NCBI GenBank assembly: GCA_904063045.1
Contig: CAJFCJ010000007.1
Location: 1,929,404-1,993,403, forward strand
Direction of reading: 5' to 3'
Length of the DNA: 64,000 nt
Source of the DNA: Dimorphilus gyrociliatus
Lineage: Eukaryota > Animalia > Annelida
A program made the translations under genes and the position numbers. Each line of letters opens with the position of its first letter. The first letter of the stretch is position 1. Under the pieces are notes generated by a model that ran no database searches, was not told the DNA's origin, and saw nothing but the letters and a program-made list of their open reading frames with translations. This document shows positions 52,548 through 64,000 of this stretch, piece after piece.

Positions 52548-54807
52548 TCAAGATTGTCCGAAAGTGTCAGAGAAATCTTGCGGTATATACGCAGTCTGCA
52601 GTTCTTTGATTTTTTCAGGTGTAGGCGTCCATGTATTGTATCCTCGATCATTCTGAAGAAAAACTATTAAAGTTGCGTGAGCTGATTTCTTATTAACTTC
52701 ATCCCTGTCAATTTCAAATAGGCAATATTAGATATAAATTTGTTTTTAATAACAAACACCTACTTTGGAACAATATGCTGAAAGCCGTGGCGATATTCAT
52801 GTTGCATAGCTGGTATACTCATTTGTTTTCTCTTAAATCTATATTTAAAGACAATAGTTAAATTCGAATAGCCACATGTCAGTTAGGTATTCTTACTTGC
52901 TGCTTTCCATCCTTAGCAATGCTTCTGTGGGAGGATCTCTCCATTCAGGGACAAACACGATGAAAGATAGTGCTTCATTACTCTCTTCTAATAAAGCTTC
53001 AAAATGATCAATCATAGCCACCATTAACTCCTCACTAAATGGTGGATTCGCTTCAAAAGATCCATGTATAGGTTTAAAATCTAAAATATTTCCTCTTGAG
53101 CCGAAGTATCCATCGGTATCAGCAAATGCAGAGCAAAATTGCTTGAAGTAGCAATTCAAAGGTGATGCAAAGCATTCGAAGGTTACGTTGAAACATCGAT
53201 GTAGACATTCAAACACTTTCACGGGTAAAGCTCCTTGTAACCCTGCTCCCTCTGCTTGACCTAATCCGTAATAACCACTGTATCTCCGAAGTAAGCACCA
53301 AACTCGAGCTAAAAAGTGCTCCTTTTTATCATCATCTTTGCAATTGACAGTATAAAGGCGTTCCTGCGGGAGATATTATAGATATTGAACTATAGTCTAA
53401 GTTTCATGAATATACAGTATATATAAAAATAAAACTAACCAGCTTTTCAAAGTAAGGCAGAGATATAATACGCGTATCGCCTTTATGGGTTAGCTTCACA
53501 CTTTGCTCTTCATCATTTCGTATTATGCTGGGCATTCTTGGACATGGTACCGATAGCAAAGCAGGGTAACAATACACCTTCTTTCGTTCAGGCACAGGAG
53601 GCGTAAAAGGTGCTAAAAAATATTGCAAATTTTTTAAATTTATTTTTTATGAAATAGAAGTGTAGCTTACGATTTACTCCGGCTGCTTTTAAAATACTCA
53701 TATGTTTTTCATGGATTTCTTTGGCTGCCTCGGAAGATTTTTCGTATAAAGTTCGACAAATACTATCGATCGAATCATTAGCAACTACCCGTAACTCTTT
53801 ATGACAAAAACGTTTTAAATGGCCCAGCCGTTCTAAATAATCGTCAAAGGAGGCATGTTGGTGAGTTCTTAAGTAAGTAAAAGTTTCATCAACCTTCCAC
53901 TTTATTAATTTACGACAATTAGGACTGGCATTGGGCCTGAATAGAAAAGAGATACATAAACTACTTGTATGTGTCAGAATTTTAGATTAATTTTACCTTA
54001 GATCAACCATCCGCTTAGCTGCTTCCGCATATCTATACAATTGTCTCTTGACATCACTCGTATATTTTGGCTTTACCAAAGCAATAGGTATATCATTCAT
54101 AACTTCTCTTTTTAACGATGGTGATATTGGATTATCACATTTGCTGGGTAAGAGTGGATCATCTCCTTCGTCAACTAGTTTCCTTTCTAACAGCCAACGA
54201 TTAAAAGATTCCGTTGGGGCTTCTATTCCCTCTTTGCTATGGCATAAGTCATCATAGATGATACGAAGTTTTTTTACTGCGTCTGAGCGCATTCGCTCAA
54301 TCTCAGGATGTGGAGGTTTTAATTCAAAATGAGGTCTATCCCACATAAAAACATTCGTGTCCACTTCTAAATTCCATGAATGCCTAATAAAACTTAAACT
54401 TGTATAACATATTTTAGTATTTACTAAAACTAATACCTCAAAGAAAATGATCTTTTTGGTGGTAGAGGCCCCGAATTGTCGGAACTACGACGTCTCCTGT
54501 CATTTGCAATTGTTTGACCGGCTCCAGAGCCGATTCCCAGAGGATCAGTTAAAGAATTTGGTACCTAAGGTATATTGTTTTGTTACATTGTAAAGAGGGT
54601 GAATATGAATTTAACCTGTGCACTAGGCATTTCCCAAAGACTTTGTTGAGTGAATTTATTGTAAAAGTACCATTTACTCAACCGCTGGCTCAAGTTAACC
54701 GTCCATCCAGCTTTTATCAATTCTTCTGTCAATTTGGGTTCGGGTTCAAATGTCAGGGAATTTTGACCACCAACGATAGATGGGGTGGTGGGTGCATTAT
54801 TTTCCAT
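52548..54807 (-). CDS. PCIF1: Cap-specific adenosine N6-methyltransferase (CAPAM), multi-exon
   Basis: N-terminal WW domain ([28 protein letters not shown]); FNRWLLERK; [11 protein letters not shown]; catalytic GSFEANPPF motif. Confidence 0.96.
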
Positions 54808-55463
54808 AGCGAAATCTGCAAGACGCAAGAGGACGATACCGTTTAGACCCTGCCATCTAGTGTCTATTTGCCAAAAAAATATTGTGCGGCACAAAATGGC
54901 GGTTTAGCTTCTATATATGCGTGTGAAAAATCGCCCTTAAAACTTTTTGATTTGGCCGATTTACATTTCTTTTTAAGCGTCATCTCGGTCTACATTTATT
55001 AATGCTTAATATGAACGAAAAATGCTAAGAGTTCAAGCAAGCAAACCTCTCTTATCTGCCTTTCTCGGGAGCGTAGCCCGATCTGACGAACGAAGAGCAG
55101 GCGATGTCGCAGCAAATATGGAGGAAGTTGCTATTGGTTAACATGGACGTTCGCGATAATTTGTTCCATATCTGTCTGATATTTATTTCATTTAATATCT
55201 TTTTTTATTTTATGAACGAAAATTGTGTCATTAATTTTTTTTAGTCAACAAAATGTTAGTGGCCTTAACATTGCGTATAATAAGTCCGCACCAAATGTTA
55301 ACTTAAAATTCAACTTTAATCTATATAAGGTTCATAGTTTTAAAGTTTAGATACTCAAAGTTAAATCATTATTAATCAATTATTTGGTTTATTAGTTTGT
55401 CTTGTATAACAGAGAAAGTCAAGAGCAAGATGGATCTGCTAATTTTGGAAATTTCTTTAACAA

Positions 55464-58400
55464 TTAGTCCAACATTTTTCGAATCATGAAATTTAAGATT
55501 CCGCCATGCCTATAGTAGTCCAATTCAACGTCGGTATCGAATCTAGCAACGACTTGGAAAGATTTTCCATTGTTCATCTGGAGTAAAGAGAAATTAAAAA
55601 AATTTCGTATAAATATTAATCACTAACCTTGACGTTGAGTTTGTGCATAGTGTGTAAATCACTAGGAATTTCGATGGTATATTGCTCTTTTCCCGTTAAT
55701 CCTAAACTATCAGCATTTTCACCAGGTAAATATTGAAGAGGCATTATACCCATGCCTACTAAATTGCTTCGGTGAATTCTCTCGTAACTTTCAGCTATAA
55801 CTGCTTTTATTCCCAGCAAGTAAGGACCTTTTGCCGCCCAATCTCTAGATGAGCCTGTACCATATTCTTTACCTGCTAAAATTATCACAGGATCGTTGGC
55901 ATTCATATATCGTTGTGCAGCATCAAATATATCCATCTACAAAATAAAGTTTAGCTAATGAAAGAATATTTACTGTTATAGCAAACTTACGGTTTCACCC
56001 GATGGCAAATGAATTGTCTTAGGACCTGCTTTTCCAATGAACTTATTCAATAGACGAATATTTGCAAATGTTCCTCGAGCCATAACAGCATCATTTCCTC
56101 TTCTGCTTCCATACGAATTGAATTCTCGTGGAACCAAACCTCTGTCTGCTAAGTAACTGCACAGAAATATTTCAATTAGTTTACCCTAATTAAAGAAAGA
56201 GAATATAGCGTATTACCGAGCAGCAGGGGAATTACGTGCTATGCTTCCTGCAGGAGAAATATGATCGGTTGTGACAGAATCCCCAAAATTCAAAAGTACA
56301 TAGGCATCATTAATGCAAGGAGTTGGAGAAAGTTCCTTCGTCATATTTTCAAAGAAAGGTGGATTCTTAATGTAGGTTGAACGCTCATCCCAGGGGTATA
56401 ACTCATGACATGGAGTATCTAGAGAATTCCATGCCTTATTACCAGAAGTTACGTGAGAATATACATCCCTGAACATAGCAGGCACGACGAACTCAGTCTC
56501 AACTTTTCGAATTTGTTCCCTTGATGGCCAGATATCACGCAAATACACTTCTTTTCCACCCTTTCCAATACCTATTGGTTCAGTTTCAAAATCTATTGAT
56601 ACGGTAGAGGCCAGAGCGTAGGCAATAACAAGAGGAGGGGAAGCTAGATAGTTAGCTCTGGTGAGAGGATGAATGCGGCCTTCGAAATTTCTGTTGCCAG
56701 ATAATACACCACAAGCTACTAAGTCTCCACTTTCAATAGCATCCGCTACTCCGCTATCTAATGGACCACTGTTTCCTATGCAGGTCATGCAGCCGTATCC
56801 GACGATGCTAAAGCCAAGAGCTTCAAGATACTTATCTACTCCACTTTTTTTCAAGTAATACGTAACTACTCCAGAGCCGGGAGATAGACTTGTTTTTATA
56901 AAAGGTTTTACTTCCAAGCCAGCTTCAACAGCATTTTTAGCCAATAATCCTGCACCAAGCATGACAGAGGGATTACTCGTGTTTGTACAGCTAGTTATAG
57001 CAGCAATGACTACTGAACCATGTCCAATTGAATATTTTTTATCATTAAATTTAAATTCAATACTGTTGTTTTGCTTTTCAGGCGAGATAGCAAAACCTTT
57101 AAAACCAACTTTATTGTTAAGACAACTCTTAAAGTCTTCTTTCATTTCTGAAACTGACACTCTGTCATGGGGTCTTTTAGGACCAGAGCAGCAAGGTACA
57201 ACAGTACTTAAATCTAATTCGACAATTTCTGAGTATACAGGGTCAAGTGCAGAATTGGAAAAATCTCTAAACATATTTGCGGCCTTTAAGTACTTTTCAA
57301 CTCTATCAATATCTTTTTCGTCTCTACCCGTTTTTTCTAAATACTTTATGGTTGCTTCATCTACTGCAAAGTAACCAATAGTTGCTCCATATTCCGGACA
57401 CATATTGGAAATCGTTGCACGATCAGCAATACTTAACTTGCAAACTCCAGGGCCAAAGAATTCAACAAATTTTCCGACAACTCCTACTTTTCTTAAATGC
57501 TTTGTAATAGTTAGCACAAGATCGGTTGAAGTTGCTAAATCGGATAATTCGCCTGTAATTTTATATCCAACAACATCAGGAAGCACCATTGAAATAGTTT
57601 GACCTAACATTACAGCTTCAGCTTCAATACCACCGACACCCCAGCCAACGACACCAAGTCCATTTATCACTGAAAAATATCACAGCTGCATGCAAAATAT
57701 ATACAATATAGTTTAAGAAAAATTACTCGTCGTGTGACTGTCAGTTCCAACCAAGCTATCAGGGTATAAAGTGTTATCATTATTAAAGACAACTCTTCCT
57801 AGATATTCCAAGTTCACTTGATGCACAATGCCTGATCCAGGTGGTACGATTAGCATATTTTTCAAAGCCTTTGATCCCCATTTCAAAAACCTAAATCTTT
57901 CCTTGTTACGTTCAAACTCCAGTTCTTGATTCTTTTCCAGAGCGTCAGCACTGCAAATTGTAATTGAGATTCACATTTTCGTTTTATAGATAATTTTTCC
58001 CAATACCTATTTGTTCGTAAGCGATGGAACGGGCATTCAACTTCGAAAGCAGGAAATTTGGCATCAGTACATAGTGCGCAAGACACAGAACGAGCACTTG
58101 TTTTTGAAACATTTGCCGAGCATGACTGTTTAGACCCAACGCCTGGGATTGTATTGCTGCAAAAGGCAGCCACCGTTAAATATTTACTTTAATGCAGTTC
58201 GTATTAAAAAGCAAAACGAACGACCAGCATTGCTATCTACTCGCCTTAAGACCTTGAATACATCAATGGTCAACAGTTGCCGCCCGAGTGAAAATGTCTA
58301 ACTTAAAAACGTTCTGTGTCGGACGCAACAAAAGCCAATTTGATTGTTTTAGCAATCATTATTATTAAGCTTAAGCTAAATTTAAATACAAAGTTCTACC

Positions 58401-59434
58401 ATTTTGCAAAATATGAATATATTTTTTTCTCGTATTAGATATTGTTTTAATTACTTATCACTAAATTATTTTATATCTATCAATAAGTGACTAGATCAAA
58501 GTCCAAAGACGAATTTGTTAAAAAAATTATTTGTTATTTTAGCAAAATCAGTTTCAGAGTAAGAGGTGTAGGAATATTTGTACATACCTTCTAGATACAT
58601 CAACTTGGACCGAATGATCAATTACTAGATCAGCAGGACAAACAGGGTTTATTTTTTGAGGATTTCCACCTAATCGTTTGACTGCGTCTCTCATGGCTGC
58701 AAAATCGACTACAGCTGGCACTCCACTAATTAAAAATTAATAATATAATAAAAAATTATTTAATAAACGATATATTAAAACTGTTAAATTATCTTTCATA
58801 ACTGTCTTACGTGAAATCTTGTAATATGACACGAGCTGGTTTAAAAGGAATTTCAGCGCTACCACCCTTATTTTTTTCCCAATCAAGTATTTTTTCAACA
58901 TCTTTTTCTAGAATCTATTGAATTTATGCGTTTAAAGTATATCATTTCGTAATATTCTTTAAGCTTTCTTACTTGGTAATTATCACAGTTTCGAACAGCT
59001 GATTCTAACAACACGCGAATAGAATAGGGAAGGCGCTCTGTTTGACAAACAACAAAATATTATTTTCAAGGTTATTTAGAATAGGGGACGTGTACCGTAT
59101 CGTTTTTCATCTATATTAGAAATGTCATAATAATTGTACTGTACACCATCAATTTCTACAGACTTTAAGGTGTTTTCAAAAGGATTTTTTCCTGAAACAT
59201 AAAAAATCGGTCATTATTAAAATATCTATGATTTTAAATAGAAGAGTCTCTTATCAAAAGCATGTTTACTTTTTTAGGAATTAGTATCTATTTAAACACC
59301 AAGTTAAGATTCAAGAATATGATATTTGGATAAATAAATATTTATATAAACATTATATACGCAGTTTAATTTTAAACAACCTCCAAAAAGCTATATTTTT
59401 TAGCAAAATTACCTGCAACGCTCATGTTCGCCAT
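55464..59434 (-). CDS. ACO1: Cytosolic aconitase / iron-regulatory protein with IRP1-type active site, multi-exon, plus a candidate IRP2-like cassette exon
   Basis: MANMSVA|GKNPF; [18 protein letters not shown]; [20 protein letters not shown]; [11 protein letters not shown]; [11 protein letters not shown]; [12 protein letters not shown]; [12 protein letters not shown]; [12 protein letters not shown]; [25 protein letters not shown]. Confidence 0.96.
58007..58156 (-). CDS. Predicted 150-nt phase-2/phase-2 exon of ACO1/IRP encoding a Cys-rich insert with CPFH
   Basis: Acceptor ttttgcag|C at 58157/58156, donor AG|GTATTG at 58007/58006; open frame [49 protein letters not shown]; the downstream intron is a typical 56 nt. 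Confidence 0.8.
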
Positions 59435-59543
59435 TTTGAACTTACGATTTACACTCTGTTAAAACGCCATCTGTAGTTGCAGAGCCATCTGATATATATA
59501 TGAAAGTAAAGCATTAAATATTTTTTTCTATAACTCAAAACAA

Positions 59544-60179
59544 ATGGCAACAAGCTCAGGAAAAGATCATGAAATTTCTTCATCAGAATGCTCGGAAGAT
59601 GAGAGTTTTTCGACTTCTGAAATTGCCAAGGTTTCACTATTTTGTCAAATTTTCGTTTAATTCCTATGTTCGTTTCATTGAAAACTACCAGGCACCATTC
59701 AGTATTCAATATCTAAAAGGTGACCTATTTCAACAAGCGGATGATGAAGATTCACTGGCTCATTGTATTAGCGAGGATTTAGCTTTGGGGAAAGGTATCG
59801 CGGCACTATTTAAGAAAAAGTTTGGAGGCATAGACGAACTTAGGAGTCAAAGTAAGAAACTTTGAGTGCAGCTCGCGTATAAATTGACTATACTCTTTTT
59901 TTAGAACCCTATGTTGGTGACATTGCAACTCTTAAACGTGGTAGAAGGCATATTATCAACTTAATAACAAAGGAAAAATTCTGGCAAAAACCCACCTATA
60001 AAACTTTAGAAAATAGTCTTATTTCTATGAAAAAATTTGCAGAACAAAATGAAATTAAAAAAATTATGATGCCTAAAATTGGCTGTGGTTTAGATCAGCT
60101 AAAATGGGAGAAAGTTAGCGAAATAATTATAAAAGTCTTTGAAAGTTCTAATATTTCTGTAACTGTGTGTTCTCTTTGA
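59544..60179 (+). CDS. OARD1: ADP-ribose glycohydrolase OARD1/TARG1 (macro domain), 3 exons
   Basis: [44 protein letters not shown] and [13 protein letters not shown]. Confidence 0.93.
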
Positions 60180-60288
60180 TCGTCTCTGCTTCATCGTCTA
60201 AAAGTCACCATTGAAGGAAAAACTGTATTTTTAAATTTCTAATTAAGAACCCTTTTAACAGTAGAAGTAATTACAAACAATACATTGG

Positions 60289-61621
60289 CTAAGCTTGTTT
60301 TGTAGTTTTCTTGTCTCTGAGCTGCTGTAAAACGAAGTCATAAACACCCAAAAAGATAGCGCCACCTATAGCGATCCATATAGTTCGAGGAATAGCTCCA
60401 GCGTATAATCTGCAATAGTGAATCAGAATGATGTATTTCGTTTATAAGGTATTAGGTATTCTAACCCTTTTATTCCCCCTTGGTGGTAAACGGAACGAAT
60501 AGCGTATATAACGTTTCCTCTGGACACACTATCATTTTTCTAAGCAAAGTGATTGCAATTTATAAGTTGTTAGTATCTTTTATGTTAAACTTACATCAGC
60601 TAACATAATCCTAGTCTTCGCAACGTCTATAGGTGTCGTTAAGTAACTCGAAATACTGCCTATTAGGGAACAGATCGTTAAAAATATTGGTCGTGTGGAA
60701 AGGGCATCGGAAAGGCTGTCTTACCCGCTACTGCACCGCATATAGCCGATTGCCACGGCTCTAAAGGTTTTTTTATTCTTGAGGACCAAGTATTCTAAAA
60801 ATTCATTAAAAAATTATGAAAAATAACCAAAAACAAGTAAATAATTAGCTTTAAAAGAAGATAAGGTATGCTAACTTTTAAATATTCCCATAAGGGAAAT
60901 TGTAATAGAGAGAACGGTATCTCTCGCACGACTGTGCTCCAATAGCCTCTATAGAAACCCGTTAAACCCTGAAATCGAACGGAAACAGACCGTTAACCTT
61001 TGCAGATACACATATGGTCAATATGAACATACTTCCGTTTTGATAACCTTCCGGAAAACGTCCCAAGAAGGAGAAAGTGTTGCCTGAGAGCGTTGCTTCA
61101 CTATCTCTGTAGGAACTCTAGCAAGACACGCCATCTGCAAAGAACAAATAAGTTTTCATTGAAAGCCAATATTGGCGTGTTTTTCTACTCCATACCAGCT
61201 CTCCGCTTGATGCTGCCGCCATATGAACCAATGGTAGGCAGCGTCCATCCACATAACGTTTTGACACATTTTTAGTAAACTCGTATGTTCCAAAAAATAA
61301 TGCAGCTAAACAAGATATATTGATTACTTAGCATTTCGGCGTCAATATAGAAAAACACCTCCGGGTACTGAGCCCACGGCAACAGAGCCAATTCCGGAAT
61401 AGATTCGTCGAAAAGCTCCCGATCTTCGAAACCCTTCTGTCGACTGAAGTCTAGTTTTAATTGTATCGATTGGAAAAAGAATGACGTCGACAGATAAGCC
61501 GGCTGTGCCTCCCGCCTGTAAGCGAATTTGTATTCAGTTTCGTTTCATTAACCACATAAAGTTTTATACGCTCATACGCTCTTATACGCACTAAAAAGGC
61601 ATGAAACAGATTCTCAGGCAT
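60289..61621 (-). CDS. SLC25A26: Mitochondrial S-adenosylmethionine carrier, multi-exon
   Basis: [10 protein letters not shown]|[59 protein letters not shown] and [13 protein letters not shown]. Confidence 0.94.
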
Positions 61622-62955
61622 TTAAGTCTTCTCGTGTTTTCCCTTTTTCTTACTTTTCGCCTTGGTAGACTAAATAATTCGCCGTCTGCATGCAAGTGCT
61701 CCGTCAATGAACTTCCGCAATTATCTACAAGACAAAACTACGTTTAGTAAAATGGCGCACGCGAGACTAAAAATATTCCAGCTCGATTCCCTACACTGGC
61801 GCAGAACGTTATTACGCGGCGAACGTTTGATACAGCGCCATAGACGCTGCACTAGACGGATAATACAGCCAATTAGACGCCAGTAAAACTCACTCAAATG
61901 TTTGACGTCCGACAACGACCGTTCGCGTTTTTCCTAGTACTCTCCATCGTATCACAGGGTAAGTAAAGAACAACTATCATTGATTGTAAGCAAAAATTAC
62001 GATTGAATAAGGTGATTATAATTAGTAAGGAGGGAGGTACTAGAAGGGGCGGCATACATGAAAGCGTTTAGCAGTAAAATACCGATTTTAAAGTGGAGGA
62101 CGTTCGATATCCGTAGCAAACAACTGCGATGAATGGTAGGGAAAGAGAAAACGAACGCGTTTAGCCGGCAGAGATCATTCAATTTGTGCGCAAAAGCGAA
62201 GCTCGGAGGCAGCGTCTAGTTGAATTAGAGAGAAATCTGTCGGACGACACTCTTATTAGTATACATTGCAAAGAAAAGAATCTATATATAAGATATATGC
62301 GCAAGTACATAAAAGCAAATAATGGTACATTTAAGAACACGGGGTATTTATAGATTGGTTGAGTTAGACATACAAATAGATAGATTGAATGATATAGACA
62401 AACTAGAAAGGGAGACAGAAGAGGATTACAACTGGCGTCCATTGCTAGAAAAAACGCCGCTAAATTGGCCTATTGACGGTTTATAGATGCGCGTACTGAC
62501 AACGTTAACTATATTCGCCGTATACTAGCGGCGTTTTATCGGACTTGATTGGATGTATCGATATCCAGGGAATTCTAATGCTCGTTCCTCTCTACACGAC
62601 TTAGCAAAGCTGTGTTGAAAGCATTAACCAAAGTTGAGAGTATAATTGACGAAACGTAGCTAAAATAATAGCACTACACTGATTATAAAGTCGAGTGTAA
62701 ACGACTAGAAGAGTATGTCTTTTCGCATCATCGCCTTTCTCGTATAGATATGAAGAATAAAGAACTTCAATGTTTTCCTTCATATACCTTATCTCGTTTT
62801 AAATCTAGTTTCGACACTTTAATATATTTATTAAAAGAAAAGATATAATCGGACTCGCCGCCTACAATCGATTAACGATCCGAAATCCAAACTAAGCCAG
62901 CGGCAAATATTCGATCTATAGATATGATAAATAACAAAGCAAAATTCATCAACAG

Positions 62956-64000
62956 GGCGTTTTTTACAAAGAGATGTTTGTAGCTGGGAAGAATTCCTTC
63001 CAAGATGTGAAAAGGACCATTTAATAATAATTCAACACGCCGAATTTGGCGCTCTTGAATCCGATCCGTGCCATTCAGAGGATAAAAGATTGTCCTCTAG
63101 TAGCTGTGTTTGGGATTTAATCGGTCGACTAGATGAAGCATGCTCCCTAAGAAATTCCTGCCGCTTTAAGCTTCCTCCTTTACCGAGAAAATATACGCTA
63201 AGATGTTCCAATTTTGGATTTCTACGCGTAAAATATGATTGCATACTGCCAACGCCGTCTAAGCAAATATGCGGAGTATTATCACCACGAGGTGGCAAAA
63301 TTATTTTTAATAAGTCTTGTCGAAAACATCTAGCTTGGACTATCACTGCCAAACCTGGACAAAGGATAAACCTTACTTTGCTCGACTTTACACAAAAAAA
63401 ACGCCCATTCTGTTTGCAAATCACTGAAGTCAAAAGAAAACGAAGCGTTTGTTCTAAACTAAAACGTCGGCAAAATTTTTACGAATCTACAAGCAATTCG
63501 CTAATCATCGAACCGTCCACTCAAACTAGTCAGCTTTCTAAATATATGCTCGAATACAGAATAGAGGGCTGTCCTAATATAAAACTTTCTAAAGGCATGT
63601 GGCAGAAGCGAAAAGAGAATCACCTTTATTATGGTTGTTCAAATAATAAAAAATCATGGAAGATTCATTGTAGAAATAATTTTGAATGGTCGGGAATGAT
63701 TCACAATTGTTCTACTAAACCTCTCGCTAGTGAGTAATTATATTAAAATATATTTCAAATGAGTTTCGTTCCAAAATTTTACTTTTTAGCAGGTCACAAG
63801 GCTGAATTTTGGCAAAGCGTTACTTGGGGATATATATCATTACCATATGGTTAGAGGGTATTCTTATAATACGTTTTTTTAATTATGTATTTTACGAGCA
63901 CAGGCATGTGGATTGTAGTCATCCTCACTACTGCCATTATACTCAGTGTTTCCATACTTGTCTGCGGATTAATTCTCATGAAAGCGTACGTTTTTTCTCA
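62956..64000 (+). CDS. Partial membrane protein: SUEL/galactose-binding lectin-like domain, CUB domain, Cys-containing module and TM helix; 5' exon unresolved, runs off the window end
   Basis: Exon 62956-63729: CSWEEFLPRCEKDHLIIIQHAEFG...C..DLIGRLDEACSLRNSC...FLRVKYDC, then AWTITAKPGQRINLTLLDF, then EYRIEGCP...YGC...WKIHC. A later exon encodes MWIVVILTTAIILSVSILVCGLILMK. Confidence 0.7.

Noticed and set aside
55093-55103. 11-nt match to human 7SK (GCTGCGACATC, minus strand)
   Set aside because: Expected by chance in a window this size; no paired GAUC stem or Pol III terminator context.
52548-61621. Proximity of a SAM-dependent methyltransferase (PCIF1) and the mitochondrial SAM carrier
   Set aside because: Different compartments and unrelated genes in between; consistent with chance in a gene-dense genome.
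479-63433. Many 60-155-aa ORFs antisense to real exons or in AT-rich non-coding DNA (e.g. 7603-8010, 18951-19352, 36361-36828, 37704-38183, 56961-57374, 63032-63433)
   Set aside because: Shadow ORFs or low-complexity translations without domains, explained by the genes on the opposite strand or by base composition.

Overview
AT-rich, gene-dense animal genomic DNA with very short GT-AG introns (mostly about 50-60 nt) and tiny intergenic gaps. This fits a compacted lophotrochozoan genome; a Dimorphilus-like annelid is my inference, not shown by the sequence. I reconstructed about 21 protein-coding genes by hand: MED24 (partial), ATG9, RPF2, a PLAC8/cornifelin-family gene, an SLC5 symporter, single-minded, DONSON, intronless MECR, SPAG17, a prohormone-4-like/LDLa precursor, CCDC81, an orphan single-pass protein, an uncharacterised gene, CAPZA, a TTLL3/8 glycylase, ARGLU1, PSMD11, PCIF1, ACO1/IRP, OARD1, SLC25A26 and a partial lectin-CUB-TM gene. 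I found no supportable tRNA, rRNA, CRISPR array or intact transposon. Three observations stand out. (1) The IRP1-type aconitase carries a frame-symmetric 150-nt exon encoding a Cys-rich insert with a CPFH motif, at the position of the vertebrate IRP2-specific insertion, so one gene may yield both IRP1-like and IRP2-like proteins. (2) Intronless MECR appears to sit inside the 5' leader of DONSON, behind a shared E2F-containing promoter. (3) ARGLU1 keeps an unusually long intron with a candidate poison exon and a G-quadruplex-like tract, at the position of the human autoregulatory intron. All splice models are hand predictions and need RNA-seq.
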